DNA from: Octopus sinensis
Lineage: Eukaryota
Reading direction: 5' to 3'
Length of the DNA stretch: 14,554 nt
Assembly (NCBI RefSeq): GCF_006345805.1
Contig: NW_021825765.1
Coordinates: 1 to 14,554, forward strand
The number at the start of each line of letters is the position of its first letter. Within the stretch, counting starts at the first letter, position 1. A model generated the notes under the pieces. The model worked only from the letters and a program-made list of their open reading frames with translations. It was not told the DNA's origin and did not search any database. The position numbers and the translations under genes were made by a program. Of this stretch, positions 8,906 through 14,554 are shown piece after piece.

Positions 8906-11150
8906 CGTAATAGGAGCTCGGTCATGCGAATTTTTGTCGTGACGTAGGAGCGGAAATCTGCAGTACGAGCGAGTTTCATACAAACGACAGCTACTCGGCT
9001 CTGAGTTCGCGCCCGCTCTCCAAACAGGTACGGTCTTCGCTCGCTCAGTTCACGTGTTTATCTCGTTGTGGTAGCAACCTTGTTGTGTTTTCCAAGTGCT
9101 TTTGCTTAGTTTGGGGCATTTTTTGCTATCATTTTATAATAATTAGTTGTGTTAGCTATGGGTCCTAAGAAGGTTGGTCCAAAGGATAGTGCTGAGAAGA
9201 AGAAAAAGCTGATTGCGATAGAATTGAAGAAAGAAAACACTGATAAACATGAGAGGAGTGCGTGTAGTGGACATAGCACGTTAATACAAACGAAGTACAT
9301 CGACGATTTGGACCATCCTAAAGAAAAAGGTCGAGACCAAGGCGGTTACAACAGCAACTCACATCTGTCCACGAAAATGATGGAAAAATTACTTCCCTTG
9401 TGGATCAACGAGAAGCAACACGCAGGGGATATGATTACGGAGATCATCTTCTGTGAGAAAGCATGAGCGCTGTATAGAGATTACCTGAAGCAGAACCCTG
9501 GAACATCGATGGAGGAGACATTAGCAGACGCATTTAAATCCAGTTGCAGCTGGTTTGATAATTTCAAGAAGAGGACTGGTGTTCATAGCATCGTCAGATA
9601 TGGAGAAGCAGCGAGTTCTGACACGAAGGCAGTTGAAGATTTCGTGAGTGAATTCCGTCAGCTCATCGCAGCCGAGGGGGGTACATCGCACAAACCGGTA
9701 TTCAACTGTGGTGAAACTGGTCTATTTTTTTTGAAAAAAATGCCAAGTCATAAAACCATGAATGATAGGCTTGCTCTCGGCCTTGTGCCAATGCAAGTCA
9801 GTCGAGACTTGAAGATTAAGCCGCTCTTAGCCTACCATTCCGAAAATCCAGAGCGTTCAAGTCGCACAAAATCCTGAAGGAGAAGCTGCAGGTATGTGGA
9901 TGGCAAACGTTAAAGCCTGGGTCAACAGGCAATTCTTCTCCAAGTGGGTCAACCTTGTCTTCGGACCAGTAGTGAAAAAGTACCTTCTGGAGAACAATCT
10001 TCCTCTCAACACCCTCCTCATCCTCGACAATGCTCCTGCTCACCCACCTAACCTCGAAGATGATATCCTGGTCGAATTTAAATTCATAAAAGTTCTGTAT
10101 CTTTCACACAGCACCACCCCTATCTTGTATCCCATGGACCAATAGGTGATTCATAATTTTAAGTAACTGTACACCGAATACCTGTTTTGTCGGTACTTTG
10201 AAGTCACCAAAAATACAAATGTAATCCTTCGTGAGTTTTGGAAGGAGCACTACAACGTTGTAAACTAACTGAAAATCATCGATATGGCCGGGCAGGATGT
10301 AATGAGGAGATCGTTGAATTCTGCATAGAAGAAGCTGTGGCCTGACTGCGTATCTGAAAGAGACTTCGAAGGGTTTGAGTTTGAGACACATGTAGTTGAG
10401 AAGATGGTATCTCTTGGCAAGTCCATGGGCATCGAGGTTGATGATGGGTATATTAACGATCTCGTCGAGGAAAACTCAGAAGAGGTGATGAGAGATGCAC
10501 TCCTGCAGTTTCACGAGCAGCAGTATTTGGATGCATTGGAGGATAGTGTAGCAGAGAAGGCTAGCAGTATTAGTGTTGGCAAAGTGGCAGTATGTTTCTG
10601 AATTTGTAGAAAAATATCATCTTGCAAAAGTAGCCACAGGTCGTGCAGCTGCTTTATTGAAATGACTTTGCTCTCGTGCATTTTCGTAACATTTTGAAAG
10701 GCAGGAAAAAACTGACTTCTCTTGATATGTTTCTAATGAAACGATCCACAAGAATAAAAAGTGAAGATAGGGTTCCAAAAAGCCTAAATTAAGCGGAGAG
10801 AGAAAACCCCAGAAATTGTTCTTCCTGAAGTTTTAATGGAGGAGAATCTCCTTCCAAACAGTAATCCGCCTCCTCGCTCGATCGTCTTCATCGCTCACAA
10901 ATCGTCCCATCTTTAAGGTTAATAAAATAAGTTTATATATTTCTGTTGCATTCTCTTTCGTTAGAATTGTCATTTTACTTGTAACTACACTTTCTTTGTT
11001 TTAAAACGCATAAAAAATTACTTTTGAGTGGTTTTTAGTGGGCTGGAACGGATAAATTATATTTTAATTAATTTCAATGGGGAACATGGATTTGTAAAAC
11101 GAGTAAAAAGTAAAACGTAAGATTTAAACTCATAGTGCGAGGTATTACTG
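8906..11150 (+). mobile_element. Near full-length Tigger/pogo DNA transposon, decayed
   Basis: Contains the transposase relic below. Right end ...GAGGTATTACTG|TA (11150; TA at 11151-52). The left end TA|CGTAATA.. (8904-8912) is a degenerate match to the inverted CAGTAATA, so the left boundary is less certain. Confidence 0.85.
9158..10864 (+). pseudogene. Tigger/pogo (TIGD1-like) transposase pseudogene
   Basis: MGPKK..KKKLIAIELKKE; MEKLLPLWINEKQHAGD..TE.I.CEKA; FKSSCSWFDNFKKR (CENP-B type HTH); VFNCGETGLF; LILDNAPAHP; TTPILYPMDQ; LGKSMGIEVD; C-terminal ..PSKQ* ending 10864. Many stops and frameshifts split it across ORFs 9149, 9509, 9894 and 10404. Confidence 0.93.
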
Positions 11151-11231
11151 TATATGCACACATACACATATTACATAATGAATGGCCGTAAGGTGCATAA
11201 CCTGAATATTCATAACATATCTAAATTTATA

Positions 11232-11262
<31 letters not shown>

Positions 11263-11303
11263 ATTATATATATATATATATATTATATATATATATACAT
11301 AAT

Positions 11304-12119
11304 ATATATAATTATAATAAAGGGTTATTTGCAAGACGTTGCTTAAACCACATACCGAAAATATTAGAAATAGCAGCCAAATAGGTTACCATTACTATTA
11401 CTACAAGAATAAGTCACCACAAACAACAATATTTGTAACCCGTATATGAGTAAAAAGAAGGAAGACAATGAAATCACACAGTCTAATTTGGATCAATTAT
11501 GGACGAATCGTTTCTGGATTAGAATCGAAAATTCATTTCCTCATCAACATAATATTTCCTATAAATCTAGAAATGCTAGGAAAAAACTCACCCATTACAT
11601 CAACTCGACCAGGCGACATCGAACGATATAACGGTCTGCCAGCATCTCCACATTTATATAGACAAGCGAATTCGTATCTCCCTCCAAAATTTCACCACGT
11701 GAGTTACAAAAACAGTACCACCGAAACGAAGTTTCGCAGATTCACTGTATGGGAGTAATAGTATTCGATACATATAAAGGGTGAAATATAATTAATTTAA
11801 TAAAATTAATAAATTTCACCTAGTAGTTTTTTCGGTATGGAAAGGACCATATTCGGTAAAAATTATATATAATTATAATAAAGGGTCATTTGCAACAAGT
11901 TGTTTAAACCACATACCGAAAATATTAGAAATAGCAGCCGAATTTTCGATTCTAATCCAGAAACGATTCGTCCATAATTGATCCAAATTAGACTGTTTGA
12001 TTTCGTTGTCTTCCTTCTTTTTTACCATATACGGGTTACAAATACTGTTGTTTGTGGAGACACTTATTTTTCTAGTAATAGTAATCTATTTGGCTGCTAT
12101 TTCTAATATTTTCGGTATG
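11304..12119. mobile_element. (TA)n-anchored element with a 561-bp-period partial tandem repeat plus ~180-bp inverted copy; Penelope-like architecture, family unassigned
   Basis: 11304-11378 repeated directly at 11865-11939 (4 mismatches in 75 bp); 11351-11534 repeated inverted at 11940-12119. Confidence 0.7.
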
Positions 12120-12156
12120 AAGTCATCAACTTCAAATTTGCATTAATCAAGACTTT

Positions 12157-12344
12157 ACAAGGACAGACAAACGGATTAAGTCGATTATATCGACCCCAGT
12201 GGGTAGTTGGTACTTATTTAATCGACCCCGAAAGGATAAAAGGCAAAGTCGAGCTCGGCGGAAATTGAACTCAGAACGTAGCGGCAGACGAAATACCGCA
12301 AAGCATTTCGCCCGGCGTGCTAACGTTTCTGCCAGCTCACCGCC
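12157..12344 (-). mobile_element. tRNA-derived SINE, same subfamily as 6883-7118, 3' tail truncated
   Basis: Reverse complement matches 6888-7073 at roughly 90% by eye, including TAATCCGTTTGTCTGTCCTTGT. The remaining tail and a TSD are not seen. Confidence 0.92.
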
Positions 12345-12625
12345 TTTTAAATCACTATATTTATATATAATTGATAATGCAACCGTTTCCCTGCATTATG
12401 AGATCTAGTTGTGTTTCCTGAGGCGACATGTAAATATTGTCCCCGTATCATCAATTCTCGGCTTCGAGAGCATCCTCTCTGTGTGTCGTGTTCTGAAGTT
12501 AGTAGAAGCCACTGAGTTTATCAAAATGTGTTGTTATTGAAGGACAGTTGGCAAACTGCTTTAAGTGTGTAGATTTTTGAGTAGATCTGAAGGTAGAGGA
12601 ACTTCTTTCTCTGTACACACCACAC

Positions 12626-12630
<5 letters not shown>

Positions 12631-12676
<46 letters not shown>
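12631..12676. repeat. (TA)n microsatellite
   Basis: Perfect TA run. Confidence 0.95.
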
Positions 12677-12678
<2 letters not shown>

Positions 12679-12826
12679 GGAGTAAGCACATAAATGTGAA
12701 ACAAGGTGGAAAAAAAGTACTCAAATACCAGAGGTAGAGTATGCTTTATTTTGTTAACAAAACTGTCCGACGAACGGGAACGTGAAACTCCGAGTAACAG
12801 CTTTTGTTATATTTCTGCTGCTTTTA
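12677..12826. mobile_element. Short non-coding element between TA-rich tracts carrying a hammerhead; probable Penelope-like pseudo-LTR remnant
   Basis: Unique 150-bp island between TA-rich tracts. AATAAA on the minus strand (TTTATT 12745-12750) about 70 nt from the TA run; hammerhead at 12755-12809. Confidence 0.55.
12755..12809 (+). ncRNA. Minimal type I hammerhead ribozyme, U4C core variant
   Basis: Helix I TAACAAAA-CTGT (12755-66) / ACAG-c-TTTTGTTA (12797-809); core CCGACGA (12767-73); helix II ACG-GGAA-CGT (12774-83); GAAA (12784-87); helix III ACT-CCG-AGT (12787-95); GUA triplet with predicted cleavage after 12796. Confidence 0.8.
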
Positions 12827-13358
12827 AGTAAAGTATTTATATATATGTATATATATATACATACATATTACACATATATATATATATGTATATATATGTT
12901 TATATGTATATATATATATATGTATGGAAGTCGATATACATAAATGTATGTGTGCGTGTGTGTATGTGTGCATGTGTGTGCGCGCGTGTGTGTGTGAGTA
13001 TGCGTGTATATGTGTGTTTGTGTGTATTTGGCCTAGCCTATATTTTCGTATAAATAAAAGTTGGCCTGTGTATGCGCTTTTTAGTATCATAATAATTCCC
13101 TGCAGTAATTGATTCTGCTTCGAATGTGTTCTATTGTTATGTTCGAGCGCTGGAGTAGGGCGACCCACCTGCTTTTCTCTTCTTTCTCTATATACAGTCA
13201 TTCATTACGTTCGCATGGCCGAACTTTAAGACCTTGTCTCGGTTGTGCTGCTTACTCAAGCGTTTATAGAGTAAAACTATTATGTGCCAATTACGATCGT
13301 GTTGCCGTGTGTGTGAAATATTTGTTCTAGAATTGCACGCTGACACACAAGAACATGC

Positions 13359-13359
<1 letters not shown>

Positions 13360-13434
<75 letters not shown>

Positions 13435-13465
13435 TCCCTTTCTTTCTTTGTTTCTTTCTTCCTTT
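13360..13465. repeat. (TTTC)n microsatellite
   Basis: Long near-perfect array; explains the FLSF ORFs. Confidence 0.95.
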
Positions 13466-13588
13466 CGCTCCCCCCCCTTTCTATCTATCTCAGACACTCA
13501 GGCACGTACAATTACATACGTAGAGATACGCAGACATACCAACAGGCCGATATATGAATGTGTGTATGTGCATGTGTGTGTGTATCTG

Positions 13589-13626
<38 letters not shown>

Positions 13627-13654
13627 ATCTATCTATCTATCTATCTATCTATCC

Positions 13655-13725
<71 letters not shown>
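13589..13725. repeat. (TATC)n microsatellite
   Basis: Long near-perfect array; explains the YLSI ORFs. Confidence 0.95.
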
Positions 13726-13753
13726 CTACGCACGCACACACACACACACGCAC

Positions 13754-14017
13754 AGAGGAGTAGCTGTGTGGTAAGAAGATTGCTTTCCACCACATGCATG
13801 GTACCTTGGGTGTCTTCTACTATAGCCTCGAGCCGCGCCATCACTTGACCACCGATGTTGGTGTGTTTACGTCACCGTACATTAGCGGTTCGGCAAAAGA
13901 ACGAACGAATAAATACTAGGGTTACAAAGAATAATTCCTGGGGGCGATTTGTTCGACTAAAGCTGTTGTTCCAGCATGGCCGCAGTGAAATGGCTCAAAC
14001 AAATAAAATAAAAAGAT
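13754..14017 (+). mobile_element. Internally deleted tRNA/CORE-type SINE (octopus OR-like, name tentative)
   Basis: A-box-like TAGCTGTGTGGT (13761-72), CORE-like ACCTTGGG-TGTCTTCTACTATAGCCTCG, tail ...CCAGCATGGCCGCAGTGAAATGGCTCAAACAAATAAAATAAAAAGA. Family recognised from memory. Confidence 0.75.
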
Positions 14018-14060
14018 ACACACACATACATAAATGCATATATACAAACATGTGTGTGAA

Positions 14061-14374
14061 GGTACGCGGCTTAGAGGTTGGGGTATTGGGCTATGATCGT
14101 AAGGTCGTGCGTTCAATTCCCGGTGACGCGTTGTATCCTTGCGCAAGACACTTTATTTCACGCTGCTCCAGTCCACTCAGCTGGCAAAAATGAGTTGTAC
14201 CTGTATTTCAACGGGCCAGCCTTGTCACACTCTGTGTCACGCTGAATCTTCTTGAGAACTACGTTAAGGGTACTCAAGTCTGTGGCGTGCTCAACCACTT
14301 GCACGTTAATTTCACGAGCAGGCTGTTCCGTTGATCGTATCAGATGGGACCCTCGTCGGCGTAACCGACGGAGT
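14061..14374 (+). mobile_element. Full-length tRNA-derived CORE-type SINE
   Basis: A-box-like CGGCTTAGAGGT, B-box GTTCAATTCC (14111-20), CORE-like TTGTATCCTTGCGCAAGACACTTT (14131-54), 3' hairpin CGTCGG-CGTAA-CCGACG (14354-70). Confidence 0.85.
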
Positions 14375-14554
14375 AATCCTTTTATATATATAGGATTAAA
14401 GTAAAAGTTTTTATTTTCCAATCACTTTCGAAATCATAACAATTGGTGACTTGGAGTTTTAACTGCTCTTTCTAGCGAGTCAGATATCCTTTTCTTCGGG
14501 TATCTCTTTTGTGTATGAACGTACACTGTATTCTTCTCCTTGTATATATAAGGT

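Noticed and set aside
11304-11631. ORF pieces (RRCLNHIPKILEI; MSKKKEDNEITQ...) as a Penelope ORF N-terminus
   Set aside because: Only a vague resemblance, interrupted by stops; cannot be supported without a search.
11721-11737. CGAAAC-GAA-GTTTCG hairpin as hammerhead helix III
   Set aside because: No CYGANGA core upstream on either strand.
14353-14359. CCGACGA on the minus strand (same core as the 12767 ribozyme)
   Set aside because: Part of the SINE terminal hairpin; no helix II/GAAA follows.

Overview
Repeat-dense, AT-rich eukaryotic non-coding DNA with no supportable intact host gene. The SINE families look like octopus/coleoid cephalopod tRNA-derived SINEs; this is recognition from memory, not a search. 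Most ORFs in the supplied track are translations of microsatellites or low-complexity DNA. Readable content: (i) decayed transposases of a near full-length Tigger/pogo element (8906-11150) and a Tc1 3' half (8367-8847); (ii) two LINE relics, one with a restriction-like endonuclease motif (~700-1020) and one RTE-clade 3' end with a target-site duplication (3090-3408); (iii) seven tRNA-SINE copies or fragments; (iv) three (TA)n-anchored non-coding elements with inverted or tandem architecture (1450-2860, 11304-12119, 12677-12826). Two of the three contain hammerhead-ribozyme motifs. The best is a compact type I hammerhead at 12755-12809 with all three helices formable, a non-canonical CCGACGA core and a palindromic helix III, as described for Penelope-like element ribozymes that cleave as dimers. 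All alignments and folds were done by eye.
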